The notes: generated from the letters alone by a model not told the origin. Shown: positions 1-9,927, counted from the stretch's first letter. The stretch: DNA of 64,000 nucleotides from an uncultured Nitrospiraceae bacterium (GCA_963811165.1 CAWEQH010000010.1:864001-928000), one strand, 5' to 3'. Translations and numbers: made by a program.

Positions 1-85
1 TTCCTCTTTGTCGTCGAGACATTCTCCGACCTTTTTGAGGAGTGCAAGTTTTTGAAAAGGACGGACTTCAGGAAAAACAAGGCGG

Positions 86-553
86 CTATTCGTTTTTCTC
101 TTTTTTGGCAAGGAAAAAAAACAAGATTAAGATAGCCACATAAGTGCTCAACACAAGCGTCTCTTTCCGGAAGTCCGAGGCGTGGACATCGGGAGACAGC
201 GCATTGAAATTGGTGACGCGGTTTATGACATTCAGACCTAGGATTGCGGCTATGCCGGCAACGAGAATCGCTTTGACCGCGTCGCGGTTCTTCTGGGGAT
301 CAGTAGATGCCATAAACAGGAAGGCCGACCAGCCGAACGACAAAAAAGAAATGATCCTGTCTTGGTATCCATAGGAGGGCAAGTCGTAATACACGAATAA
401 AAACGGGATCTTAATCCTTAGCATATGTGCAATTGCGATGGCCAGGAAATAGACCGCTCCGGCCAATAATAACCATCTAAGTATTGTCGTGTTCTTGCTC
501 ATGTTCCTTCCCAATCGACTACGCACAATTATACCATGGCAAAAAGGTGACAT
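86..553 (-). CDS. Small integral membrane protein (about 4 TM), hypothetical; last gene of the rSAM-MFS operon. True start may be MSKNTT at ~502
   Basis: Four hydrophobic stretches in the ORF; co-oriented 21 bp downstream of the MFS gene. Confidence 0.7.
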   Translation of the reverse strand: MSPFCHGIIVRSRLGRNMSKNTTILRWLLLAGAVYFLAIAIAHMLRIKIPFLFVYYDLPSYGYQDRIISFLSFGWSAFLFMASTDPQKNRDAVKAILVAGIAAILGLNVINRVTNFNALSPDVHASDFRKETLVLSTYVAILILFFFLAKKEKNE

Positions 554-574
554 GTTCAGGAAATAAGTATTGTT

Positions 575-1159
575 CTACAACTTTTCGTCTTCTGCCTGCA
601 AACCCTTGTCTTCTTTCAGGAACAAAAGCAAGGCGGTGGAAGACGCTATAGAAAACGAAGCAAGATAGAAAAGGTACTGAAGACCATAGACCTTCGCCAG
701 ATACCCTCCTAAGAGAAGACCCGCTGCTGAAGAGACACTCACGATCGCATTAAACTTTCCAACGGTCTTGCCCCTCTGCTGCTTTATCGTAAGATCACCC
801 AGCAGGGACGTGCTTACCGTCCCTACAATACCGTTTGTAACCCCCAATACGGCCTGCAGAAGGTATAGCTGATATTGTTCCTTAATCACCGTATAGAGAA
901 AAATTACCGTTGCATCAACAAAAGCTGTGGTGATAAGGAAGGGTTTCCTCCCTAAACGATCGGAGTAGCCGCCCGCAATATAGGTGGTACCCGCCTGGAG
1001 AAGCACCATTATGCTGAAGGCCAACCCGAGTCTTTCCATGCCGCCGCTGAGCTTTGCGACCTGAAGCACATAAAAGGGGCCGATGAAGCCTAATACAATG
1101 GCCCAGATAGAGCTCACACTTGTGAATATGCGGAGATTCCTTTCATTCGTCGTGATCAA
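575..1159 (-). CDS. MFS transporter, half-size (about 6 TM); candidate peptide exporter
   Basis: MFS motif A-like GGYSDRLGRK and QRGKTVG; start overlaps the rSAM stop (ATGA). Confidence 0.8.
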   Translation of the reverse strand: MITTNERNLRIFTSVSSIWAIVLGFIGPFYVLQVAKLSGGMERLGLAFSIMVLLQAGTTYIAGGYSDRLGRKPFLITTAFVDATVIFLYTVIKEQYQLYLLQAVLGVTNGIVGTVSTSLLGDLTIKQQRGKTVGKFNAIVSVSSAAGLLLGGYLAKVYGLQYLFYLASFSIASSTALLLFLKEDKGLQAEDEKL

Positions 1160-2457
1160 TCGCCGGTCTCCGGCATATACTTTATTTCCTGTTTGACAAG
1201 GGTCTCAAGCGTGGCATCGAGATAAGGCTTCCTGCAATCGATCTCGTGGATGTTTCCGTCTCTGAGGACCTTCATGAACCTGCACCCCCCAAAACAGAGC
1301 GGCAGGTATTCGCAGTCGAGGCACTGCTCGTTCTTCCAGATATCAAGGGCATGAGACCCCTCAATATCCACCATCCCATCCCTGAGATTACCGGCCTCAA
1401 AACCCTTCCATCCGATAAACCCGGGGCATTTATAGATCGTCCCGTCATAATTCACCACGACATCATTTGTCAGCCCTATCATACAAGGAGAGGGAAGGAT
1501 TTTAGGGGTCTTAAAGCCCCGCTTCAGGATCTCCTCTCTAAGAAAAAGGGTGGCCCTGAATATCCAGGGCTCGTTGATCGATTCGCTTCCGTCCCTGAAT
1601 TCCGGAAGTGCAAACCTCTTCCCCGGCTTTACGACAGGATCAAATTTGACGATGAGAAACTTCTCCGGCGAAAGACCCTCTGAGATGAGATAATCAAGGA
1701 GTTCGGGAAAACTCCTATAGTTTTCCTCGGTATAGTTGCCGCCGATCTGGATGCCCAGGATGTCATATACCTCTTTAATGTTCTTTACGATCGTTTCAAA
1801 GGTCCCGCTCCCGGATTTGAAGGGCCGGAAGGCGTTGTGGTTGTCCTTTGGACCATCGAGCGTTATCTTTGCGCTTTTCATCCCCAGGGCTGCAAGCTCC
1901 TTCGCTTTAGCCTGCGTCAACAGGGTCCCGTTTGTTACGAGATTGAAGGAGTACGTAAGCCCCCTACCCTCAGCTAATGATTTCATTGTCTCGGATACCC
2001 TTTTTATATCAGGAAAGCTAAGGAGGGGCTCGCCGCCGTAGAAGTCGACATGTACGTCTTTGCCCTGAGAGAGGGCATGTTTTTCGAGAAAATCTGCCAG
2101 AAGCCCCAGGGTCTCTGAGGACATATAGTGCTTCCCTTTCATGTTTCCTTCATAGCAATAGGTGCAGCGCAGGTTACAGTCGAGGTTCATAACCACCATG
2201 GCATTGAATCTTCTTGCACGTTTATTAATGTCATCGATGAGACCGAGCATCTCCTTTTTTTCCTCATCCCTGTCAGGGACCAAAAACCCGAGCTCAAAAA
2301 GAACCTCCTGATCGGACAGCTCCAGTTCTCCCTTTTCTATTTGCTCAAGCACAGCCTTAGGCAGGAGGATCGTCGATGTCCGCCTGGTGGAATAAAGAAC
2401 CAGGTAGTCCGGATCACCCTCATAAGTATATGTCTTAATATATCTGGATAATTGCAT
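1156..2457 (-). CDS. gptM: Radical SAM/SPASM peptide maturase, geopeptide maturase-like
   Basis: CNLRCTYC rSAM motif, FYGGEPLL, SPASM cysteines (CMIG..YKCPG..CLDCEYLPLCFGGC..C), N-terminal RRE-like region, adjacent CC-containing precursor. Confidence 0.85.
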   Translation of the reverse strand: MQLSRYIKTYTYEGDPDYLVLYSTRRTSTILLPKAVLEQIEKGELELSDQEVLFELGFLVPDRDEEKKEMLGLIDDINKRARRFNAMVVMNLDCNLRCTYCYEGNMKGKHYMSSETLGLLADFLEKHALSQGKDVHVDFYGGEPLLSFPDIKRVSETMKSLAEGRGLTYSFNLVTNGTLLTQAKAKELAALGMKSAKITLDGPKDNHNAFRPFKSGSGTFETIVKNIKEVYDILGIQIGGNYTEENYRSFPELLDYLISEGLSPEKFLIVKFDPVVKPGKRFALPEFRDGSESINEPWIFRATLFLREEILKRGFKTPKILPSPCMIGLTNDVVVNYDGTIYKCPGFIGWKGFEAGNLRDGMVDIEGSHALDIWKNEQCLDCEYLPLCFGGCRFMKVLRDGNIHEIDCRKPYLDATLETLVKQEIKYMPETGD

Positions 2458-2463
2458 AATCTT

Positions 2464-2492
2464 AAAAAAGAGAGGGGGAGTTGGCTCCCCCT
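2464..2492 (-). terminator. Intrinsic terminator/attenuator between precursor and maturase genes
   Basis: 8-bp stem AGGGGGAG/CTCCCCCT (2473-2492) followed on the minus strand by CTCTTTTTT. Confidence 0.7.
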
Positions 2493-2529
2493 AAAGATGC
2501 ATACGTCTCAAACAGCTGCGTTCGTACGA

Positions 2530-2631
2530 TCATCCACCTCTTAACGGCAAGAAGGCCCCGTAGCAACAGACACCTAATGGCCCAGCCGAATCCTTTACTC
2601 CCTTGCTTAGTACCACTATCGCCTTCTTCAT
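2530..2631 (-). CDS. 33-aa RiPP precursor, geopeptide-like: MKKAIVVLSKGVKDSAGPLGVCCYGAFLPLRGG
   Basis: Hand-translated; missing from the ORF track. RBS GAGGAGG upstream of ATG 2631, TGA at 2530-2532, directly upstream of the rSAM/SPASM gene, CC core motif. Confidence 0.85.
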   Translation of the reverse strand: MKKAIVVLSKGVKDSAGPLGVCCYGAFLPLRGG

Positions 2632-2696
2632 TTTTCTCGCCTCCTCTCATATGAACCAGAATGCCTCCAATGGAGGTTTATATCGGACAAATATAT

Positions 2697-4607
2697 CTAA
2701 ATCTTTAGCCGCAGGCCCGCCTCGACCCATCGCCTGGGATTCCTGAAGGCATCCACTAGATATTGGGAGCCGTTCAAGATATTGTGAGCTGTAAAGAAAA
2801 ACTCCGCGTTTCCTTTCCCAAAAGAAAGGACCTTCTTATCGAGGCTGAAATCCCATATCATAGAATTATAACTGGCGTTAGCTGAAGGATCTGCGTTCCA
2901 CCAGATATAATGGCCCTTAAGCAAAGCCCTGAAAGACTTGTTGTCATTGTAATGGATCCCCACGTCATAGGTATACCTGGGGACGTTCTGCAGCTCCTCC
3001 CCGGTATCTCTATCCGTAGCATCGGTAAAGGCAACACCGGCGGAAATGGAGACGTTATAGACCGGTACGGTTTTCAGCTCGAACTCGAAACCCTGTCTTC
3101 TCTGTTTTCCCTGGTTTACAGCCCTAAATGTCCCGTCACTCAAGGTCTCATCAAAAATTGCATCCGTAATTTCATGCCTGAACGCCGTGCCCTTCAACCA
3201 GAGGTATTTCAAAGCAGTCGATTCGATGCCGGCCTGCAGAGACCATACCTTCTCCATCCTTAGATCGGGGTTCGGCACAGAGAAGGTACCCGTGCCGAAG
3301 GTGGCTGAAAGCGGAGGGGTACTGAACCCTCTTGCTCCAATGGCCCTCAGCATCGTTTTTTCACCAAGATTATAGGTCACCCCCAGGCTCGGGCTCACGA
3401 AGCCGCCGTTGGTGGTCGTGTGGTCATATCTGATGCCCGGAGTGAAGGAGAACTTCTCGACGGTCATCGTGTCATTCACAAATACCGCCCATCTGCCGAG
3501 GCTCTGTTTTCCGGCGGTAATGTTATTCGACTCAAGCTCCCCGTAGTCATAGTCAAAACCCGAGACCACATCATGCATGCTGTTTCTCCATGTAAACTTG
3601 AGGCTCCCGCCGCTGCTCTTATCATCAAAGTTGCTGCCCGAAAGGGTTTCCCCGGTACTGAGGCTGTTATTGATGAGTTCGGCATGCTGACGCGAGGTCC
3701 TCAAAGATGCATTAAGGTCTGCGGTGTCGGTAAGAGAATAATTGAACGATAGTGTAGAAAAAAGATACTCGAAGTCATTGCCGAAGGAGATATCGAAGTC
3801 GGGAAACTCCCCCTCTCCCCTTGACCCCTTGTTATAGCCGAAGGTGAAGGCGACGTTTGCCTTCGAAGAGGCATCCCATTTTAATTTCGAGTAAATATTG
3901 TTCTCATAAAAAGGGGTATTGGGCCTTAACCCGTTTGAAACGAGATTTCCGCCATAGAGGTAATAGGAAAGACTCTCCGCCTTCCCGGAGACCTCAGCCC
4001 TGTAGTCTCCCGTATTCCTCTCGCCGTAAGATGCGGAAAGCATTCCTCCCGCCTTCCGTGATCCATCGCCACCCTTTGTGATGATGTGGATTATTCCGCC
4101 CAGCGACGAACCCCAGATAGAAGAAGCCGGACCCTTGATTATCTCGATCCTATCGATAATCTGGGCAGGGACAGCGGCAATGTCGGCGAAGCTGTCGGAG
4201 AGGTTATTGAGTGTTACATCATCGATAATCACGATTGCATGCCTGAATTCCGAACCCTGAATCCGGACTGAAGCACCACTTCCGGGACCGCCCCTTGAAT
4301 CGATCTGAACGCCGGTTATGTTTAAAAGGACATCGGCCAGCGTGTGAGCGTTCATCTCCTCGATATCGCCTGCAGTAATTACGGTGATGTTCTCGGCTAC
4401 ATGGGAGATGGGCTTGGGATGCCTCGTGGGGGTCACCACGAGGTCTCTCTCTTCGTAGAACATCTGGAGCGTATTGGTTTCATCTTCAGACTGCGCCCAG
4501 GCATCGGAGATGAATGAAACAGAAAAGGCGAAAAGACAGAGGGCCAATATTCTATTTATTAATTGGTCTCTGCTTATAAAGTCTGATATAGTATTTAAGA
4601 ATGGCAT
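2697..4607 (-). CDS. TonB-dependent outer-membrane receptor
   Basis: Signal peptide, VVTPTR TonB box region, plug motif IDRIEIIKGPASSIWG...GGIIHIITK, NPDLRMEK, C-terminal beta strand. Confidence 0.92.
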   Translation of the reverse strand: MPFLNTISDFISRDQLINRILALCLFAFSVSFISDAWAQSEDETNTLQMFYEERDLVVTPTRHPKPISHVAENITVITAGDIEEMNAHTLADVLLNITGVQIDSRGGPGSGASVRIQGSEFRHAIVIIDDVTLNNLSDSFADIAAVPAQIIDRIEIIKGPASSIWGSSLGGIIHIITKGGDGSRKAGGMLSASYGERNTGDYRAEVSGKAESLSYYLYGGNLVSNGLRPNTPFYENNIYSKLKWDASSKANVAFTFGYNKGSRGEGEFPDFDISFGNDFEYLFSTLSFNYSLTDTADLNASLRTSRQHAELINNSLSTGETLSGSNFDDKSSGGSLKFTWRNSMHDVVSGFDYDYGELESNNITAGKQSLGRWAVFVNDTMTVEKFSFTPGIRYDHTTTNGGFVSPSLGVTYNLGEKTMLRAIGARGFSTPPLSATFGTGTFSVPNPDLRMEKVWSLQAGIESTALKYLWLKGTAFRHEITDAIFDETLSDGTFRAVNQGKQRRQGFEFELKTVPVYNVSISAGVAFTDATDRDTGEELQNVPRYTYDVGIHYNDNKSFRALLKGHYIWWNADPSANASYNSMIWDFSLDKKVLSFGKGNAEFFFTAHNILNGSQYLVDAFRNPRRWVEAGLRLKI

Positions 4608-4674
4608 AACTTATACCGATTAAGATAACTATATAAGAAATATTGCCTCTTGTCTAGAAGCGGGGGAATTTAAT

Positions 4675-5571
4675 TTGCATAGGTATTTCATACTGATATT
4701 GCTTCTCTTAATTCCTTTCGCTCGCGCCCATGCGGACCAAAAGAGCGCGCTCATCGTCCAAAGCACAAAGATAGCGCCGTACAACGAGGCGGCCGAGGGC
4801 TTCAAGAGCAGTTGTCAGTGCGCTACAAGGGAGTTGGTCCTTTCGGATGCTGAAGGGCTCAACTTATTCAGGGAAATCCGCTCCTCCCAGCCCGATGTCA
4901 TTCTCGCCCTCGGGTTCGACGCGCTCCTTAGGCTTAAAGCGATCAAAGATGTTCCCATCGTTTATGCGATGGTAGCAAACCCTGAGTCTTTACACTTGGC
5001 GGACGCCAACATTAAGGGTGTCAGCATGAATATCGCGCCTGAAAAGCAGTTGTCCCTGCTCCGGGAAGCCTTCCCCGGCCTCCGCAAGGTAGGGCTTCTC
5101 TACAACCCTCTCAAATCCGGAGACTTCGTCGAAAAAGCAGTTGCTTCATCTAAAAATATGTCGGTAAGGATCATTGCAAAGGAGGTCCATCATCCCAAGG
5201 ATGTTCCTCTGAAAATTGATAGCCTCAAGGACAAAATAGACGTGTTCTGGATGATACCCGACTCAACGGTTTTCTCTCCTGAGACCGTAGAATATCTCTT
5301 CCTTTTTTCCTTTGAGAACAAGATACCTGTCTTGACCTTTTCGGAGAAATACCTGTCAATGGGCGCAGTAATATCTGTAAATATAGATGCAAGAGATATC
5401 GGGCGGCAGGCCGGAGAAATGGCAGCGAAGATCTTGTCAGGGGCCAATGTTAAGGATATCCCTAGTGTTGACGCGAGGAAAGCCAACGTCATGGTAAATC
5501 TGATAACGGCAAAAAAAATAGGAAGGCCCCTCAGCAATGAGACCCTTCTCAGGAGGAAGGTAATCAACTGA
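4675..5571 (+). CDS. Periplasmic ABC-type substrate-binding protein (ABC_sub_bind-like) with no permease partner
   Basis: Signal peptide; KVGLLYNP, DVFWMIPDSTV, IGRQAGEMA, VNLITAKKIG. Confidence 0.85.
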   Translation: MHRYFILILLLLIPFARAHADQKSALIVQSTKIAPYNEAAEGFKSSCQCATRELVLSDAEGLNLFREIRSSQPDVILALGFDALLRLKAIKDVPIVYAMVANPESLHLADANIKGVSMNIAPEKQLSLLREAFPGLRKVGLLYNPLKSGDFVEKAVASSKNMSVRIIAKEVHHPKDVPLKIDSLKDKIDVFWMIPDSTVFSPETVEYLFLFSFENKIPVLTFSEKYLSMGAVISVNIDARDIGRQAGEMAAKILSGANVKDIPSVDARKANVMVNLITAKKIGRPLSNETLLRRKVIN

Positions 5572-5572
5572 G

Positions 5573-7576
5573 ATGAAGGCTAAATTAGTCGGCGCTTTGA
5601 GAAAAATGGGCCAGAGTTTCGGCACAAAGGTATTTCTAAGGTTGACTATTCTCATTTTAGTCATCACAACCGGTTTCACCGCTTTTTTTCTTTATGAACA
5701 AACCAGGACCCTCAAACAAGGTATCAGAAACGAGGGTGAGCTGTTTGCGCAGCTTGTTGCACAAAGCCTGAGACTTAGTATCTTCTCCGAAAGCACGGCG
5801 CTCATGGAAGACGTCCTCAAAACATATCTCGAAAATAAAAAGGTCATGTCGGTCACGGCCTTTAACTCCGAAGGGAAAATTCTTATCAAGAAATATGGAC
5901 CTCTCGGTCCCTCTTCGATACATCCGCCCCCGGATGAATATCAGGTCGCACAGGTCCTCAAAGGGCTGAGAGAGACCCATGCGCAGTTTTACTACAGGGA
6001 TTTACCGAACACGTTCGAGATCTGGACTCCCGTGCTTTCGGGGCTTTCCTACGCCAACGAGGAGTCCATGTTTTTTGCCGAGGCCAATCCCGATGTGAAA
6101 CGCATAATAGGCTACGTCAGGATAGTTTTGGACAAGAGCATGCTGAACAGGCAGCAATCACTGCTTTTGGTAAAGGGGATAGGTATATGTCTGGTCCTTC
6201 TTACCTTCATCCCGGCTGTCTTCTATTTCATGGTAAAAAAAGTGACGAAGCCGCTCAACAAGCTTACCGAAAGCGTGCGTGCCATAGAAGAAGGGGCGGC
6301 AGTGGAACCCCTCCCGATCGAGACGAACGACGAAATAGGAAAGCTCGCCCTTGCCTTCAATGAAATGGCGGATTCACTCAAAAGAAAAGAGACGGAAAAG
6401 CAACAATTGGAGGGACAGCTGAGGCAGGCACAGAAAATGGAAGCGATCGGAACTCTCTCGGGTGGAATCGCCCATGACTTTAATAATATCCTGTCGGCTA
6501 TAGGCGGGTTTGGCCATCTTATAGGGATGGGGGTCCAGCATGACGACCGATTAAAGTCCTATGTGGGGCGAATAATGTATTCCGTAGAAAAAGGGGCCAC
6601 GCTTACTCACAGCCTGCTGGCTTTCAGCAGAAAACAGCTGATCAAAGTTCAGCCGGTAAAGATTAATGACGTCGTCTTATCAGCGGAGAAAATTCTTATG
6701 CGGTTGATCGGCGAGGATATAGAATTCAGGACGCGCCTTATCAACAAGGATTTGGTCATTATGGCAGATACGGGTCTGTTAGATCAGGTGCTTATGAACC
6801 TCACCACAAATGCACGGGATGCGATGCCCGGCGGAGGAATTCTCACCATAGCAGTTGAATATGTCGAATTTGAAGAGCAGACCGGCATAAAAAAGCCGGG
6901 GCGTTACGCCCTCTTGTCCGTCTCTGATACCGGTGAGGGGATAAACGAGGAAAACAAGAAACGGATATTTGATCCTTTCTTTACGACGAAGGAAGTCGGA
7001 AAAGGCACCGGTCTCGGCCTCGCTATGGCATATGGGATAGTCAAGCAGCATGAGGGCTACATCGAGGTCGAAAGCGAGGTTGGGAAAGGGACTACCTTCT
7101 ATATATATTTACCCATATATGAAAGACTCGTTGAGGAGAAAGTGCCGCATGAAGGAAGAAACTTTTCAGAGCAGCGACAGCGACCCCGGAGTGGTGAAAC
7201 CGTTCTTCTCGCAGAGGATGACGAAGACGTCAGAGGCCTTTCAAGGCGCATCCTCGAGATGGATGGATATACCGTGATAGAGGCACGGGACGGAGAGGAA
7301 GCGGTCTCCGAGTTTATCAAGAATAAGGATAAGATACACTTCCTCCTTTTTGATTTAGTGATGCCTAAGAAAAACGGATACCGGGCTTACGAAGAAATCA
7401 GACAAGTGAACCCCGACATTAAAGCCCTCTTTATAAGCGGTTACTCGGCAAACATTATATATGAAAAAAAAATCCTCCAAGAAGCCATAAATTACGTGTC
7501 AAAGCCTATTTTGCCGGACATTCTTCTGAAAGAGGTCAGAAAAGTGCTCGACGGCGGGCAATCAGATTTGCGATAG
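5573..7576 (+). CDS. Hybrid sensor histidine kinase (TM-periplasmic-HAMP-HisKA-HATPase-REC)
   Basis: DEIGKLALAFNEM HAMP, GGIAHDFNNIL H-box, FFTTKEVGKGTGLGL, C-terminal receiver domain. Confidence 0.93.
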   Translation: MKAKLVGALRKMGQSFGTKVFLRLTILILVITTGFTAFFLYEQTRTLKQGIRNEGELFAQLVAQSLRLSIFSESTALMEDVLKTYLENKKVMSVTAFNSEGKILIKKYGPLGPSSIHPPPDEYQVAQVLKGLRETHAQFYYRDLPNTFEIWTPVLSGLSYANEESMFFAEANPDVKRIIGYVRIVLDKSMLNRQQSLLLVKGIGICLVLLTFIPAVFYFMVKKVTKPLNKLTESVRAIEEGAAVEPLPIETNDEIGKLALAFNEMADSLKRKETEKQQLEGQLRQAQKMEAIGTLSGGIAHDFNNILSAIGGFGHLIGMGVQHDDRLKSYVGRIMYSVEKGATLTHSLLAFSRKQLIKVQPVKINDVVLSAEKILMRLIGEDIEFRTRLINKDLVIMADTGLLDQVLMNLTTNARDAMPGGGILTIAVEYVEFEEQTGIKKPGRYALLSVSDTGEGINEENKKRIFDPFFTTKEVGKGTGLGLAMAYGIVKQHEGYIEVESEVGKGTTFYIYLPIYERLVEEKVPHEGRNFSEQRQRPRSGETVLLAEDDEDVRGLSRRILEMDGYTVIEARDGEEAVSEFIKNKDKIHFLLFDLVMPKKNGYRAYEEIRQVNPDIKALFISGYSANIIYEKKILQEAINYVSKPILPDILLKEVRKVLDGGQSDLR

Positions 7577-7679
7577 CTATTTTTTTTTAGGGGGGGTTGT
7601 CAATACTACAAAATAATTCTTGGTGACGGTTTAAAAAGATCTTTTCAGCAACTAACTCCCTGATATTCAGAAAAGGCAA

Positions 7680-7770
7680 TGGCGGAGAGATAGGGATTCG
7701 AACCCTAGGTGCGGGATTAGCGCACACACGATTTCCAGTCGTGCACCTTCGGCCACTCGGTCATCTCTCC
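7680..7770 (-). tRNA. tRNA-Ser(GGA)
   Basis: Reverse complement GGAGAGATG...CACGA-CTGGAAA-TCGTG...long variable arm...GGTTCGAATCC...TCTCTCCGCCA with encoded CCA. Confidence 0.96.
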
Positions 7771-8036
7771 AAAGCCCTTAAAAGTGCAGAAAACCTACTG
7801 AAGAGTATAACATAACTTCCGACTGATATTTCAGGCAATTTTAATCATTTTCCTGCCAAATTCAACCGGGCAAGACATTTAAAGACGCTATTTAAATTAT
7901 CAAGACGAAATCGATCCAACCATCGGACAATGAAAGGTGATTCTCGCGCAGACAGCCTCTTCTCTAAATTGACAACTTTCACACAGAAGGAATCAGAATG
8001 ATAAACGTGCGAAGTTATTTCCGCATCATATGTCTT

Positions 8037-8070
8037 GAAAGGAGCGCAGACAAATCTCCGCGCTCCCTTT
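8037..8070 (-). terminator. Probable intrinsic terminator of the 8086-8454 gene
   Basis: GGAGCGC/GCGCTCC inverted repeat just past the stop. Confidence 0.5.
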
Positions 8071-8085
8071 AGTCCAGAGCAGTCA

Positions 8086-8454
8086 TCAGCAACGATTTAT
8101 TCCGGCCGCTCCAAGATCGATCTCATCCGCAATGTAGGAGCCGTCACCCCGATCAAAATAGGATACTGTCACCTCATCCCCTATCTTAAGGCTGGTAAAG
8201 GACTCGGACATGCTGCACTTCATCACCGCTCCGTTGTCATTCAGATTAAACGTAAGTTCATCATTCGGACCTGCCTGCACAGTTACAATTTTGTCGTGAT
8301 TGTCCAGGGCCACTATTTTTCCCGTGTAGCTGAATGGTGAGCTACCGCCACCTGAAAACGCAGCAGCTTGATATGCAAACGCCATAACAAATAGCGCGCT
8401 TACTACCATCACCAACATTATTGTTAAAGCTTTTTTATCTGACATTATTTTCAC
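8086..8454 (-). CDS. Small secreted protein with an OB-fold-like (DUF5666-like) domain
   Basis: Signal peptide; YTGKIVALD...SLKIGDEVTVSY pattern. Confidence 0.7.
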   Translation of the reverse strand: MKIMSDKKALTIMLVMVVSALFVMAFAYQAAAFSGGGSSPFSYTGKIVALDNHDKIVTVQAGPNDELTFNLNDNGAVMKCSMSESFTSLKIGDEVTVSYFDRGDGSYIADEIDLGAAGINRC

Positions 8455-8876
8455 CTCTTTTCGTCTTGCTCATCTTACCGACTAATAGCATCAATTCGAT
8501 ATATCACTTACCTCACCCATAATTTATTGCAGGTTGCATACTTTAGCAACAGAGCAACCATCTTCTTTGGGTTCAATCCCGGAAAGAATCTGGCCTATAA
8601 GCGCGGAAAACGTCTTTTCTTAGTAAGATTCTGCATTTTAACCGGTAAATTTCAATTATTTGCACTGAAAACTCTTCATGCTGATCTGCGTTTTCATCGA
8701 AGAATAAGGCGTTGTCCTTTAAGAATAAAAACGTTGGCATAATAATATCGTTTGACATGGCAGTAAGGAATCAGTTGAGAGACGGGTATTGGCAAGGGAG
8801 CTCCTAACTTAAAGCAAAATTGATTGGATGCACAGCGAAATACCGCCGGCATGTGGCATAATAATAAAAAGTCATA

Positions 8877-9476
8877 TTGCAGCATCCCGCTCAGAAGGCA
8901 TATGCGACAACGGGAGAGGACGGCATTGCACTGGAGACAAACGTGATTGGGATGAGAAGTTTTGAGGGATATCTTCCGGTAATTTTGCCGACAGTTCTCC
9001 TGGCCCTGCTCTTTAGTTTACTTTGCGGATGCTCAAACCGAAAAGTCATTCTCAAAACTGGCCAGGCAGCGCCGGTCTTTGTGCTCTCCGATATGAAGGG
9101 GAATAAGGTTAGGGTCCCCGAAGACATAAAAGGCAGGGTAGCCGTCATCCGTTTCTGGTCCGACTCCTGCAAGTCCTGCGCCGAAGAAATGCCCCAAATA
9201 GAAAAGGTGTACAAAAAGTACACGGACAAGGGGTTGGTCATCCTTGCAGTTAATATTGGACAGGACAGGGGTGAGGTAGCCAAATTCGTAAATGGCATCA
9301 ACATCTCATATACGGTTCTTCTTGACCCCGGCGTCGTTGTTACAATGCGTTACGGAGTGACTGTTCTGCCCACGACATTTATCATCGACAGGAATGGTAC
9401 GATAAGACAGAAGATCCTGGGCGAAATAGGTACAGAGACTTTTGAGAAGATGGTGCTGGAGCAATTAAAAAAATAA
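8877..9476 (+). CDS. TlpA/ResA-family thiol-disulfide oxidoreductase lipoprotein; true start likely ~8952
   Basis: GQAAPVFVL, FWSDSCKSCAEEMP (CxxC), YGVTVLPTTFIIDRNG. Confidence 0.88.
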   Translation: MQHPAQKAYATTGEDGIALETNVIGMRSFEGYLPVILPTVLLALLFSLLCGCSNRKVILKTGQAAPVFVLSDMKGNKVRVPEDIKGRVAVIRFWSDSCKSCAEEMPQIEKVYKKYTDKGLVILAVNIGQDRGEVAKFVNGINISYTVLLDPGVVVTMRYGVTVLPTTFIIDRNGTIRQKILGEIGTETFEKMVLEQLKK

Positions 9477-9494
9477 CAGGTCAAGGAGGTTTAT

Positions 9495-9600
9495 ATGTTT
9501 TCCAGGTACCTCATTGCAATAATTTGCCTTGTCGTCTTCGCAGTATCTCTAGTTGCCGCCGCAAGAAAGCCGGTTAAGCCGCAGGGTAAAAGCAATCAAA
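9495..9600 (+). pseudogene. Probable 5' remnant of a secreted-protein gene
   Basis: Strong RBS AAGGAGG and a clean signal peptide (MFSRYLIAIICLVVFAVSLVAAA-RKPVKP); the remainder does not look protein-like and overlaps an opposite-strand ORF. Confidence 0.35.
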
Positions 9601-9714
9601 AATATAAAATCCCAACTTTTCTCATTTTTCCTTCCTCCATTTTGGCATATACAGAATTCTTATCATGTTTCTGCCTCATTATCAAGAAACTTATTGCGCC
9701 TCTTTGGTCTTTTC

Positions 9715-9927
9715 TCAGGCGTTTTTCTTTCCCCTTGGAATCTCACAATTTAAGGAGTCGCCTCCGCAAATTACTCCTTCGGGAGTACCTGGAAGGTGCC
9801 TGGAGTCAGGATGTGTGCAGTACTCTTTTGCATCATCCGAAAATTTGATCCCGGCGGCGGTACTTCGCCGCGTCTCTTTTTTGTCAGCGAACGGTTTGAC
9901 TAAATGGTACTTGCAACCTGGGTTCAC
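9715..9927 (-). CDS. 70-aa hypothetical protein with 4 Cys
   Basis: AGGAGG RBS before GTG 9927; C..YCTHP..CGGD..CEI. Confidence 0.5.
   Translation of the reverse strand: MNPGCKYHLVKPFADKKETRRSTAAGIKFSDDAKEYCTHPDSRHLPGTPEGVICGGDSLNCEIPRGKKNA

Noticed and set aside
2490..2532. Sec readthrough of the precursor's TGA
   Set aside because: Only weak pairing downstream, no SECIS-like G-loop hairpin, and the peptide already ends like a complete precursor
2462..2650. 62-aa ORF in the track as the RiPP precursor
   Set aside because: Wrong frame. The 33-aa ORF at 2530-2631 has the RBS, leader and CC core, while the 62-aa ORF runs through the terminator hairpin
7680..7770. tRNA-Sec supporting the selenoprotein, or an integration site
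   Set aside because: Anticodon is GGA (Ser), not TCA. No integrase or duplicated tRNA 3' end is seen in the window
8083..8088. Sec at the C-terminal C-TGA of the 122-aa protein
   Set aside because: Tandem TGA TGA followed by a terminator-like hairpin indicates an ordinary stop
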